A DNA stretch of 64,000 nucleotides from Trichormus sp. ATA11-4-KO1 (lineage in GTDB: Bacteria > Cyanobacteriota > Cyanobacteriia > Cyanobacteriales > Nostocaceae): the NCBI GenBank assembly GCA_019358915.1, contig JAHHIM010000025.1, positions 8,377 to 72,376 on the forward strand. The letters run 5' to 3'. The notes beneath the pieces were generated by a model. That model worked only from the letters and a program-made list of their open reading frames with translations. It was not told where the DNA came from and made no database searches. A program made the position numbers and the translations under genes. This document shows, in pieces, positions 19,045-28,600 of the stretch; the stretch's first letter is position 1; each line of letters begins with the position of its first letter.

Positions 19045-19878
19045 ATGCAAGTCAACTGGCAAACTGTCAAAACTTACGAAGACATCCTGTATCACAAAAC
19101 AGATGGCATCGCTAAAATAACCATCAACCGACCCCACAAACGTAATGCTTTCCGCCCCAAAACTGTCTTTGAACTATACGACGCTTTCTGTGATGCCCGT
19201 GAAGATACGAGTATTGGAGTAGTACTATTTACGGGGTATGGCCCACACACCGATGGTAAATATGCCTTTTGTGCTGGTGGTGACCAAAGTGTCCGGGGAC
19301 AGGCGGGTTATGTTGACGATGCTGGTATCCCCCGCTTGAACGTGTTGGATTTACAACGTCTCATTCGTTCCCTGCCGAAAGTCGTGATTGCTTTGGTCGC
19401 TGGTTATGCTATTGGTGGTGGACACGTCCTGCACTTGATTTGTGACCTCACCATTGCTGCTGATAACGCTATTTTTGGACAGACTGGCCCCAAAGTTGGC
19501 AGTTTCGATGGTGGTTTTGGCGCCAGCTATCTCGCCCGCATCGTGGGACAAAAAAAGGCGCGAGAAATTTGGTTTCTCTGCCGCCAATATAATGCACAAC
19601 AAGCTCTAGATATGGGTTTGGTAAATTGTATCGTCCCCATAGAGCAACTAGAAGCCGAAGGAATTCAATGGGCGCAAGAAATTTTAGAAAAAAGCCCAAT
19701 TGCAATTCGGTGTCTGAAAGCGGCATTTAATGCTGATTGTGATGGTCAAGCCGGTTTACAAGAACTTGCTGGTAACGCCACCTTACTGTATTACATGACA
19801 GAAGAGGGTTCTGAAGGCAAACAAGCCTTTTTAGAAAAGCGTCCACCGAATTTTCGCACCTTCCCCTGGCTACCTTAA
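19045..19878 (+). CDS. menB: 1,4-dihydroxy-2-naphthoyl-CoA synthase
   Basis: [44 protein letters not shown]. Confidence 0.97.
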   Translation: MQVNWQTVKTYEDILYHKTDGIAKITINRPHKRNAFRPKTVFELYDAFCDAREDTSIGVVLFTGYGPHTDGKYAFCAGGDQSVRGQAGYVDDAGIPRLNVLDLQRLIRSLPKVVIALVAGYAIGGGHVLHLICDLTIAADNAIFGQTGPKVGSFDGGFGASYLARIVGQKKAREIWFLCRQYNAQQALDMGLVNCIVPIEQLEAEGIQWAQEILEKSPIAIRCLKAAFNADCDGQAGLQELAGNATLLYYMTEEGSEGKQAFLEKRPPNFRTFPWLP

Positions 19879-19881
19879 AAT

Positions 19882-19920
19882 TGCCAAAATCGCACCTTAA
19901 AACAAGGTGCGATTTTGGCA
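19882..19920. terminator. Perfect 17-bp stem hairpin after menB (between convergent genes)
   Basis: tgccaaaatcgcacctt-aaaac-aaggtgcgattttggca. Confidence 0.75.
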
Positions 19921-20005
19921 GATGTCAAAGTTAACAGCACTAGAAATCTTAATAGATAAATCTTAATTTTAAGTAAACTACAAACCGAGTCCAGTCATTA
20001 AGTGA

Positions 20006-20320
20006 CTAAATTCGCACTGCCCTAGTCTTAGCCTCTTGTAAGGTACAGTTAGCTACTTCCTCTACAGGGGCAAGAGTCTTATTGTCTATATCTGAAGCCA
20101 GAGTATGAGAAGAACCTAAAACTCGTGTCGCATCTGGCAAACTCCAAGCATCTTCCAGGGTTTCCCAAGAAGGTGCAAAAGGTGGTAACGCCAATGAGCA
20201 AGCTTTCCAACTGGCTTGAACTGGCGATCCCAACTGTTGGCACATTCCGCCACGGCGACCCTCTGGCTGGTAATGACGACAATATCGACAGGCAGATGTC
20301 AAGAATTTAATGGGTTTCAT
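20006..20320 (-). CDS. Small protein with a four-Cys putative metal-binding N-terminus
   Basis: ACRYCRHYQPEGRRGGMCQQL...WKACSL. Confidence 0.75.
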   Translation of the reverse strand: MKPIKFLTSACRYCRHYQPEGRRGGMCQQLGSPVQASWKACSLALPPFAPSWETLEDAWSLPDATRVLGSSHTLASDIDNKTLAPVEEVANCTLQEAKTRAVRI

Positions 20321-20717
20321 TTGGGTTCATCTTTAGTGCCGTTTAGGGCTGATTTGCATCCTTATATTCTGCGCTTAGATGTAAATACGGAATATAGCCA
20401 AAAAGCCATTATTTTCCCTAGGTTTCAGCGATCCCGACGAAAAAATAAACTTTAGGATGTTTTTAGATTCTCGTTATATTTGTCAATGATCACTATAGTA
20501 GTTACACACTTGATTTTGCCTAAAAAAGGTAGGGGATCAAGGTTAAAGCTAAAGATTTTGATTTCAGGAAAATATTAAATTCATTACTAAGGTATTCTTC
20601 ATATCTGTCTTTGGCAATGAAGTGCTGTGTATCATTTAGGATAACTAGCTTAATTTTACATCAATAAAAAGGTTAAACTCAAGACATAACAAAAAATCAA
20701 CCGCTTAATGGCAGTCT

Positions 20718-21134
20718 ATGGCGGCGAAGGACATTTTTCATGATGTAGTAAGACGCGCTTTAGAGAAAGAAGCGTGGTTGATCACCAATGACCCTCTTTT
20801 CCTGCGTTTTGGTGGTTTGGATATGTACATAGACCTCGGTGCAGAAAAAATTCTAGCGGCTGAACGAGGTGAAGAAAAAATCGCCGTTGAAGTTAAAAGT
20901 TTTGTCAGTCCATCTACTACAACTGAGTTTAGTACTGCTTTGGGACAATTTCTTAAATACCAGCTAGCACTGGAAGAAGAGCAACCGGAAAGGCTTTTAT
21001 ACTTAGCGGTTCCTGCGGATACTTACCGTTCCTTTTTTACTCTAGAACTACCGCGCTTGTTAATTCAACGCTACCAAGTGCGACTGATTATTTTTTCTCC
21101 AGAAGAGGAGGTAATTGTCAAATGGCAAAAGTAG
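20718..21134 (+). CDS. xisH: XisH-family protein
   Basis: MAAKDIFHDVVRRALEKEAW, IDLGAEK, IAVEVKSF, ALGQF, RLLYLAVP. Confidence 0.95.
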   Translation: MAAKDIFHDVVRRALEKEAWLITNDPLFLRFGGLDMYIDLGAEKILAAERGEEKIAVEVKSFVSPSTTTEFSTALGQFLKYQLALEEEQPERLLYLAVPADTYRSFFTLELPRLLIQRYQVRLIIFSPEEEVIVKWQK

Positions 21135-21457
21135 AACAATATCGTCAACTAATTCAAGAACTGTTACAGGCTTACAGCGAAATTAAGGCTAGTAACGAAG
21201 AAGTCGAAGCAGAAGTAATTTTTGATAATGATCGCGATCGCTATCAACTAGTTCATGTAGGCTGGTCAAATAAACGGCGTGTGTATGGTTGTGTTTTACA
21301 TCTAGACATTAAAAATGGCAAAATCTGGATTCAGCACGATGGTACTGAAGTAGGTATTGCCAATGAACTTACTAACCGAGGTGTACCTAAACAAGATATT
21401 GTCTTGGCTTTTCATTCCCCTTTCAAACGACAATTTACTGAGTTTGCTGTTGGCTAA
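21122..21457 (+). CDS. xisI: XisI-family protein
   Basis: RYQLVHVGW, LHLDIKNGKIWIQHDGTE, GVPKQDIVLAFH; overlaps xisH. Confidence 0.95.
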   Translation: MAKVEQYRQLIQELLQAYSEIKASNEEVEAEVIFDNDRDRYQLVHVGWSNKRRVYGCVLHLDIKNGKIWIQHDGTEVGIANELTNRGVPKQDIVLAFHSPFKRQFTEFAVG

Positions 21458-21519
21458 ACTCTCTACAAAGTCAGTATCGTTAGTGTTTCCCAGATGGGAT
21501 AATTGCTAGCACAAAGACT

Positions 21520-21927
21520 TTAATTTCCAGTTCCCAACATGCTGAAGAATTCAATCAGATTACCATCAGGATCGCGGAAATGAGCCGTCCGTAGCCCCCA
21601 TGCTGGGCGATCTTCAGGTTGAGTGACAATGGTGACGTTTTGGTCTTTGAGGTACTGATATAGCTCGTCCACGTTATCCACGGCAAAAACTAGAGCTACT
21701 TTGTTATGACAGTCAACAGCCGAAGGTTGATAAGCACTGGGGACGGCTTCAGCCATCAACTCTTTTCTGAACAAAGCCAGCTTGATATTATCTCCGGTGT
21801 GCAATTCGGCGTACCAACTATTTTCGTCGCCCCAATCAATATCAAATCCCAGTACATCACGGTAAAACAGAAAACAATCTTTGAAGTTGGAGACTAGCAG
21901 CCTGATGTGTGTTAACTGAAGCATCAT
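21520..21927 (-). CDS. VOC/glyoxalase family protein
   Basis: HIRLLVS, FYRDVLG, FAVDNVD, WGLRTAHFRDPDGNLIE. Confidence 0.92.
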   Translation of the reverse strand: MMLQLTHIRLLVSNFKDCFLFYRDVLGFDIDWGDENSWYAELHTGDNIKLALFRKELMAEAVPSAYQPSAVDCHNKVALVFAVDNVDELYQYLKDQNVTIVTQPEDRPAWGLRTAHFRDPDGNLIEFFSMLGTGN

Positions 21928-21945
21928 ATCTCTTACGTGATTCTA

Positions 21946-22545
21946 CTAACTATGAATTCTAGGCTCTGGATGTAACTTTTCTAGCAAATCACTTTCGATA
22001 TTCGCCAGTTCATCTAGCCTTTGCCTGACAATTTCACGGTCAAAATAAGTATCAGCTAAAACCCAATAAGTACCGTAGTGTCGTGCTTCTGAAGCCATCA
22101 AGCCCCGATAGAATTTAGCTAATTCTGGTTCAGGACAATGTGTAGCTAATAGTCCTAAGCGTTCGTGACTACGAGCTTCAATTAAACCAGTGACGAGTAA
22201 GGAATCTAAAAAACGATGAGGTTCTTGAGGACGCACGTTGGCTCTCAGTCCAGCACCGTAGGGAGGGGGTGGTAAGGGAGCAAGGGCTATATTTCGGCTC
22301 TCTAGCCATTGATTAACTAATTCAAAGTGTTCTAGTTCTTCGCGAGCGATCGCTGTTAATTCCCGTACCATTTTAGTATTGGAAGGATAGCGAAACATAA
22401 AATTTAACGCTACGCCAGCAGCTTTGCGTTCACAGTGGGAGTGATCAAGCAAAATGATGTCTAAGTTAGCTAGAGCTTGTTCTACCCAAGCATGACTAGT
22501 GGGTTGCTTGAGGGCGTTGATAATAGGTAACTGAGAGGTAAGCAC
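21946..22545 (-). CDS. miaE: tRNA-(ms2io6A) hydroxylase
   Basis: DHSHCERKAA, AREELEHF, IEARSHERL and SEARH di-iron ligands. Confidence 0.93.
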   Translation of the reverse strand: MLTSQLPIINALKQPTSHAWVEQALANLDIILLDHSHCERKAAGVALNFMFRYPSNTKMVRELTAIAREELEHFELVNQWLESRNIALAPLPPPPYGAGLRANVRPQEPHRFLDSLLVTGLIEARSHERLGLLATHCPEPELAKFYRGLMASEARHYGTYWVLADTYFDREIVRQRLDELANIESDLLEKLHPEPRIHS

Positions 22546-22803
22546 AGGGTAACAAAACTCCGAAAATTTTCATGTTGCTGAATAATCCCAGCAAATAGAT
22601 TTTAATAGTGGATGGGACAATCAGGTATGCGCCATTAAAATGTTTGCCTGATTCTTAAAAATAAATTTTCTAAATAATCTAAATAACTTTATATATATTC
22701 ATGGTTTGTAGTGAGTGCTTGAGCGCTCAACATCAAGATTCTCAGAGCTAGAGGCGTGACCCTTTTCCTGTGATTGACGCTACACAGTAAGCACAACTAT
22801 GTC

Positions 22804-22910
22804 GGGATGATTTTGCTGGTTTTGTGGTATGGGCATCTTGCCCGTCCCTTGTATTTCCGGGTGGGCAAAGATACGCAGCCTACAAGAATCATCCCTTGAT
22901 TCAGCAACTC
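22804..22910. repeat. REP/MITE-like dispersed repeat
   Basis: gggatgatt...aatcatccc inverted ends and an internal gggcatcttgccc palindrome. 22880-22905 matches the reverse complement of 46816-46841 at 25/26. Confidence 0.7.
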
Positions 22911-23225
22911 CCAAAATTTAATTTATTTAGCAAGCCCAAAAATAAGTAAATCACCAAAGCGGAGGAAACTACTCATACACTTTCACAAGTTGCAATTGAT
23001 GAATATCAATCACACTTGTTAGGGTAATTTCCTATCGCTCTGGTGCTTCTTTAGCGGAAATTTCCGCCGTAAGGGTATAAGTAAAGGGCTTTAAAAGCCT
23101 ATAACAGTTATTTAGAATGTATTGTATCAGTCCACACATTTTGTCCTAGATTTGAGAATGTTAGGCTAAATAAGTGCTGAGTTGTTTTTCCCACACAGAA
23201 TACACTCTCATCAAGAAACATTTTG

Positions 23226-23972
23226 TCACCAATCAATGAGTTGGCGATCGTGGAAAAATCCCCCTGTAGTACCATCATCTGCAAGAGTTGCTAGCCAAAC
23301 AATTGTATCAACTCCTTGTTCTGGGGTTAGTGTTGCATCTTGTCCACCCATATCAGTTTTTACCCAACCTGGACATACAGAATTAATTAAAATATTCGTG
23401 CCTTTTAACTCGCTAGCAAAAATCCGTGTTAAAGCATTCAAAGCTGTTTTAGAAACACGATATCCTGTAGATCCTCCCTCCATATCAGTTAGTTGTCCCA
23501 TACCAGAAGAAACATTGACTATGCGTCCATAATTCTGTTTTTTCATTATAGGAATTAATGCTTGAGTTACTCGTAAAACGCCGTAGACATTCGTTTCCAT
23601 TGTTTGTCGCAAAGTGTCAATTTTGGCATTGAAAATACTATTTTCATTGGCTTGACCATCGATATATATACCAGCGTTATTTACCAAAACATCGAGTTTA
23701 CCAAACCTCTGGCGAATGAATTCAGCTAATTTACGGCTGCTTTCATCACTAGTGACATCAAGGGGATAAGAAATGACATTTAAACCTTCAGCTTGTAACT
23801 GTTGAGCCGCCGCATTACCTTTTGCTTCATGCCGACTGGTGAGAATTACTTGATATCCTTTTTTAGCCAATTGGCGAGAAGCTTCTAATCCTAAACCACG
23901 ATTTCCACCAGTGACGACTGCAACTTTTTGATTTGAACTCATGATAGTTATCTCCTGTTGCTCATCAATCAA
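23226..23972 (-). CDS. SDR-family oxidoreductase (carbonyl-reductase-like)
   Basis: TGGNRGLG, NNAG, YRVSK, CPGWVKTDMGG. True start may be MSSNQK. Confidence 0.92.
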   Translation of the reverse strand: MIDEQQEITIMSSNQKVAVVTGGNRGLGLEASRQLAKKGYQVILTSRHEAKGNAAAQQLQAEGLNVISYPLDVTSDESSRKLAEFIRQRFGKLDVLVNNAGIYIDGQANENSIFNAKIDTLRQTMETNVYGVLRVTQALIPIMKKQNYGRIVNVSSGMGQLTDMEGGSTGYRVSKTALNALTRIFASELKGTNILINSVCPGWVKTDMGGQDATLTPEQGVDTIVWLATLADDGTTGGFFHDRQLIDW

Positions 23973-24097
23973 ACTATTAATAAGTTAGTCGATATTTAAC
24001 TATCAATCTTCAACCAAATGAATTACTTTAGTGTATACTCTGGTTGATATTCAACTAACTCAATTTCGTTATCATCTGGGTCATTGATATAAATTCT

Positions 24098-24724
24098 GTG
24101 CTAAATATGACACCTAACAAATTCAAAATTCTTGACCCATTGGCTACATACACCTTTAGTCAATATTTCCAACTAAAAAATCCAATAAAAGAAGTCTTGG
24201 CGGAATTTGATTATGCTTACGAAAGAAAAATACTAGAATTACCTCGCTATGACAAAGAGATTTCTTATCTAGAATTTCTGAATAATTATATCCGAAGAAA
24301 CATTAGGTTAATCAACCCTTCGGTAGAAATATCTATTCGAGAATTTCTTATTGCACCAATTATTGTTGAGGTGTGTGACCAGACTAATGCCGAATTATAC
24401 AGTGAGTATGCACTTGATATTGACAATAGACTAAAAGGAAGTCTTGATTATCTACTGAAAGGAAAAAACACAATCCTAGTGATTGAGGCAAAGCAATCAG
24501 ATATCCGTCGAGGATTTACCCAACTCGCGGTAGAACTAATTGCATTAGACAAATCTTTAGGTAATGACTCAAATATACTGTACGGTGCGGTTACTAATGG
24601 GGATGACTGGAAATTTGGTACATTAGATAGAGAGAAGAAATTGATTACTGAAGACGTTAAATTGTACCGTGTCCCTGAAGAATTGGAGCAATTAATCAGG
24701 GTATTAGTTGGAATACTTCAATAA
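24098..24724 (+). CDS. Cyanobacterial hypothetical protein, probable PD-(D/E)XK-like fold
   Basis: REFLIAP, GSLDYLL, VIEAK, GFTQLAVEL and YGAVTNGDDWKFG. Confidence 0.75.
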   Translation: MLNMTPNKFKILDPLATYTFSQYFQLKNPIKEVLAEFDYAYERKILELPRYDKEISYLEFLNNYIRRNIRLINPSVEISIREFLIAPIIVEVCDQTNAELYSEYALDIDNRLKGSLDYLLKGKNTILVIEAKQSDIRRGFTQLAVELIALDKSLGNDSNILYGAVTNGDDWKFGTLDREKKLITEDVKLYRVPEELEQLIRVLVGILQ

Positions 24725-25102
24725 AATAAATTATTGACACACATTATGTATAGTATTCGGTTTAAAGCTTTATCAGATAAAGCTTTAAAAGGTAAACTCA
24801 CTCAGCGAGAAAGTGATTCAGCACTTTTTATCCTACGAAATATCCAAAAACATCATCACTACAAAGCCCAACATCACACCAATTGATTATGATTTGCAAG
24901 TATTTAAAACAAAAAATCGCAGACTTATATCCCGCCTGCGATTCACCCTAAACCCTGAGTTATGAGGGTGTAAGATCCTATGTGTCTTCCGTTCAATTCG
25001 GATTGCTATAGAGCGTCGAAAGCTTTTCTATCCTACCCTTAGTCAGAGGGTGATTAATATTGACATGAGGCGATCGCTTGATACAAAAAAGTATTACACC
25101 CG

Positions 25103-26524
25103 CTATGTCATCTCTCGACGGACAATTTCAATACAGTAATCATCCTTCAGCTTCTTCAAAGGAAATTGCACAAACTTTGGTTCGCCCGTTAAATGCCAGT
25201 CAAAGGCTTGCAGCACATGGGATGCAAATATTTTTGTGACCGCGATCGCCATTTGTGCTCCCAAACAAGCATGTACACCGCCCCCAAAGGGGATAAATTC
25301 GTACATCTTACCTTCGCCACGTTCTGGGAGAAAACGCTCTGGAGCGAATACTTCTGGTTCATGAAAATGTTCAGGCATAATGTGTGCAAGCCTTGGCTCT
25401 GCCATGAGAACACAACCCTGCTCATACAACACACCATCCAGCACTACAGACTTGGTGAGTTGGCGACTAGCCGTAGAACTAGGCGGTAGAGTTCGTAGTG
25501 TTTCCTTAATTGTGGCTTCCAGAAATACCATCTGCTTCAATTGCTCTGGTGAAAACATCTGGAAATTACCATTTTCTCCCACCAGATTCGCTTGTTCCTG
25601 CCGCAGTTTTTGTAAAACTTGCGGATATCTAGCAATCTGGTACATTAGCGAAGATATGAGTCCAGATATTTCGTAGTGTGATGCCCACAATTGCAGCAAA
25701 CATTGGTTCTCAATTAGAGCATCACTAAATATGCCATCGGGATTTTCTTCCTGTCCAGCCAGCATCATTGATAAAAAATCAGATGTGGGGTTGATGTCTT
25801 GACCCTCTGCTCGGCGCCGCCGTACCACAGCACCCATAAATTCTAGTAGGGCTGCTCGTGCCAAGATTCCCCGCCCGTATTTCGTCAAACGGGACTGCCA
25901 TTTAAATAATCCATAGAAGCCATCAAAGTAGGTCTTATACAGAGCTTTTAACTCTGCCTTAGAGGTAATAGGTAACCCCTGGAAAGTAGCGGGGTCAGCA
26001 TCATTTAAGCTGACTCCTAGTAGCAGAGGCGTGAGGACATCAAAACATATCTGCTCCACAGCCGGATATAGTGCCATGTGGCTGGGGGTAGACCAGTTTT
26101 GCAGACCACGAACAATCACGTTATTGATGTGGGGTGTATAACCATCAAGTACACGACCAGTAAGTCCAGGAGCTAAGGCACTTTTGCGCTGACGATGCAA
26201 ATCAGGACGTTGAAATAAACTATACTCGCCAAACATATCCATTGTGGTGGCTGGCAAAGCAATTTCTGTATATTTCAAGTCCCCATTAAATGCCATTTGA
26301 ATGGCTCTAGAACAACCTAAAAAGATAGTGGTGCGACCAAAAACTTTTGTATTAAATATGGGGCCGTACTCTTGCAGATACTTACGGCAAAATTGATCGG
26401 GATTTGCCATGTACTTAAACGTGTCATCCCACCTAGGACGACGTGGCGGAGTGGTAATCCCCACAGGTGGCGATTGTCCTGGCTCCAGCACAAGTACATC
26501 TTCAGTGTTGGTAGTATTTTGCAT
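25103..26524 (-). CDS. Cytochrome P450
   Basis: ETLR (ExxR), APERF and FGGGVHACLG heme-thiolate motif. Confidence 0.95.
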   Translation of the reverse strand: MQNTTNTEDVLVLEPGQSPPVGITTPPRRPRWDDTFKYMANPDQFCRKYLQEYGPIFNTKVFGRTTIFLGCSRAIQMAFNGDLKYTEIALPATTMDMFGEYSLFQRPDLHRQRKSALAPGLTGRVLDGYTPHINNVIVRGLQNWSTPSHMALYPAVEQICFDVLTPLLLGVSLNDADPATFQGLPITSKAELKALYKTYFDGFYGLFKWQSRLTKYGRGILARAALLEFMGAVVRRRRAEGQDINPTSDFLSMMLAGQEENPDGIFSDALIENQCLLQLWASHYEISGLISSLMYQIARYPQVLQKLRQEQANLVGENGNFQMFSPEQLKQMVFLEATIKETLRTLPPSSTASRQLTKSVVLDGVLYEQGCVLMAEPRLAHIMPEHFHEPEVFAPERFLPERGEGKMYEFIPFGGGVHACLGAQMAIAVTKIFASHVLQAFDWHLTGEPKFVQFPLKKLKDDYCIEIVRREMT

Positions 26525-26543
26525 AGCCTGACCGAATAATTAC

Positions 26544-26570
26544 TAATTCGTAATTCGTAATTCGTAATTA
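26544..26570. repeat. STRR heptamer tandem (TAATTCG)n
   Basis: taattcgtaattcgtaattcgtaatta; one inverted copy near 26635-26648. Confidence 0.85.
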
Positions 26571-26679
26571 ATGGTTATGGAGATAAAGAGAATTTATTCC
26601 TTATTTCCAGCCTCTAGCTTTAGTTGTGGGGTAATAATTACGAATTATTATGACCAAGCTCAATTTTGAGCAAATGTCT

Positions 26680-27459
26680 TTATTCTAAACTTTGTCGATT
26701 AACCAGGGTGGCGCTGGCTTGGTCAACAGGCATAAGTATCACTTCATTGATATTTACATGAGGCGATCGCGTGATGCAGAAAAATATCACATCTGCCACA
26801 TCATCGGCTGTCAGGGGTGTAAGTCCTTGATAAACTTTTTTGGCGCGTTCGGTATCGCCATGAAAGCGGACATCGCTAAATTCAGTTTCTACCATCCCAG
26901 GATCAATGGAAGTTACCCTGATAGGAGTTCCCAATAAATCTTGTTTTAAACCTTCAGAAATTGCTCTGACAGCAGCTTTCGTACCACAGTAGACATTACC
27001 ACCGGGATAAGTTTGATGTCCGGCAATGGAACCCAAATTTACCACATGACCGCGATCGCGACTCACCATCCCAGGAACAACATAGCGAGTCAGGTAAAGT
27101 AAACCTTTAATGTTGGTATCAATCATTTCATCCCAGTCGGGAACATTGCCTTCATGCAACTTATCTAAACCACGACTCAAACCAGCATTATTAATGAGAA
27201 TATCAATCTCAGACCAGTCGGGGGGTAGGCTAGAAATAGCAGATTCCACAGACAGGCGATCGCGCACATCCAATGGTAACAAATGAATCTCTACACCATA
27301 CATTTTATTAAGTGTATCTGCTAGCTGCTGCAAGCGTTCCCCACGTCGCGCCGCTAAAATCAGTTTTGCACCCTCACGGGCAAAGATTTTGGCGCAAGCA
27401 GTACCGATCCCACTACTTGCACCGGTGATTAAAATTATTTGATTTTGTAAGGCAATCAT
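26680..27459 (-). CDS. SDR oxidoreductase, YdfG-like
   Basis: TGASSGIG, NNAGL, YPGGNVYCGTK, PGMVETEFSDVRF. Confidence 0.92.
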   Translation of the reverse strand: MIALQNQIILITGASSGIGTACAKIFAREGAKLILAARRGERLQQLADTLNKMYGVEIHLLPLDVRDRLSVESAISSLPPDWSEIDILINNAGLSRGLDKLHEGNVPDWDEMIDTNIKGLLYLTRYVVPGMVSRDRGHVVNLGSIAGHQTYPGGNVYCGTKAAVRAISEGLKQDLLGTPIRVTSIDPGMVETEFSDVRFHGDTERAKKVYQGLTPLTADDVADVIFFCITRSPHVNINEVILMPVDQASATLVNRQSLE

Positions 27460-27555
27460 TGTTACTTAAAGAGTTAATTATCAAAAAGAAAGTAGGGGTG
27501 CAGAGGGGATTACTAAATATAAGTTCTTTCACCTCTGCCTGTTTTCTCCCATTCC

Positions 27556-28521
27556 CTACTTCACAACTTGCAGACGCTGAGTTACCATTGTCATCCCATC
27601 ACCCCGGAGAATCACCGCAGAAACCCATTGGTTACCAGGGGTAGATGGTGCGCGTCCCACTTTAAAGAGTCCGCCAGATGTCAGCAATTCCAAATCTACA
27701 GATGTCGGGTTGAGATATTTGTTAGCTTGGACAGGTTCTTCCAGTGCTGTTCCCAGCAGAAAATCATCACCTAGGGGTTCTTGAACAATTGCATCAAAAT
27801 TATACTGCTGTCCTACTTTCACCTGCTGGGGTAAATTCACATCAACTTGGGGTGGTTTGCTACCAGCAGTTAGTAAAGTTCGTTCAGATAAAATTTCTTG
27901 ACTGACGATTTTTGCATCTTGAATGCGCTGGCGGGATTTAATTGTGGCATTGAGAGCCAAATTATTACTGTTAGCAGAAGGTAAGCCTGTAATATTGGTT
28001 ACTGTTTCAGCGACAATAACATTGCCTTCAGATTTCCAAGATTCCAGTTGTGTACTGTATCGTAACTGGGGATGTCGCTGCCAAAGAGAAGTTAGGGATT
28101 GTTCCAAAGTCTGGCGATTTAATCCATCCCCATGAGTAAAGTTGGGACTGTATAATTGCATGACTGCTTTGATATCGCCTTTGCTAGCTGCTTCATCAAT
28201 TTGCGTCAAGAGGTTTTTTAATTCAGCAGGTGCATTTTGGGAGACAATGGGAGAAGCAGGTCGCTGTACTTGTACTCCTTCTGATAAACCGTTAGACTTT
28301 CTGCTTTCGCTCCAGTCGATTAGCCGTTGCCGCAGAGTAATTGTTTCTGTTCGTTTAGCGTCTACCACCGGAGATGAATTGGGTGGCAAATTCCTTGGTG
28401 TACTGGCTTGAACAGATTGCCAACTACTAGTTACACCCAGTGTCAGCAGGGATAAAATTAACCAGATGCCAGTGGGAAATCTTCGTTGGTGTATCAATAA
28501 TAAGGCAGTAATGTTAGTCAT
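27556..28521 (-). CDS. Exported NTF2/SnoaL-like domain protein
   Basis: Signal-like N-terminus, then LLTQIDEAASKGDIKAVMQLYSPNFTHGDG. Confidence 0.75.
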   Translation of the reverse strand: MTNITALLLIHQRRFPTGIWLILSLLTLGVTSSWQSVQASTPRNLPPNSSPVVDAKRTETITLRQRLIDWSESRKSNGLSEGVQVQRPASPIVSQNAPAELKNLLTQIDEAASKGDIKAVMQLYSPNFTHGDGLNRQTLEQSLTSLWQRHPQLRYSTQLESWKSEGNVIVAETVTNITGLPSANSNNLALNATIKSRQRIQDAKIVSQEILSERTLLTAGSKPPQVDVNLPQQVKVGQQYNFDAIVQEPLGDDFLLGTALEEPVQANKYLNPTSVDLELLTSGGLFKVGRAPSTPGNQWVSAVILRGDGMTMVTQRLQVVK

Positions 28522-28600
28522 TTTGTCAGAGTTTACTGATTTGAGTAGAGAACGTCAGGAAATTGTTTTATCTTAGTTAAGCTAGGCGCTAAACGGTAGA

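Noticed and set aside
20718..24724. Defence island (xisHI + PD-(D/E)XK-like gene)
   Set aside because: The genes are separated by housekeeping genes (VOC, miaE, SDR), and both families are commonly scattered in cyanobacterial genomes.
23226..27459. Secondary-metabolite cluster (two SDRs + P450)
   Set aside because: No scaffold-forming enzyme (NRPS, PKS, terpene cyclase, RiPP precursor) nearby, and an opposite-strand gene interrupts the set.
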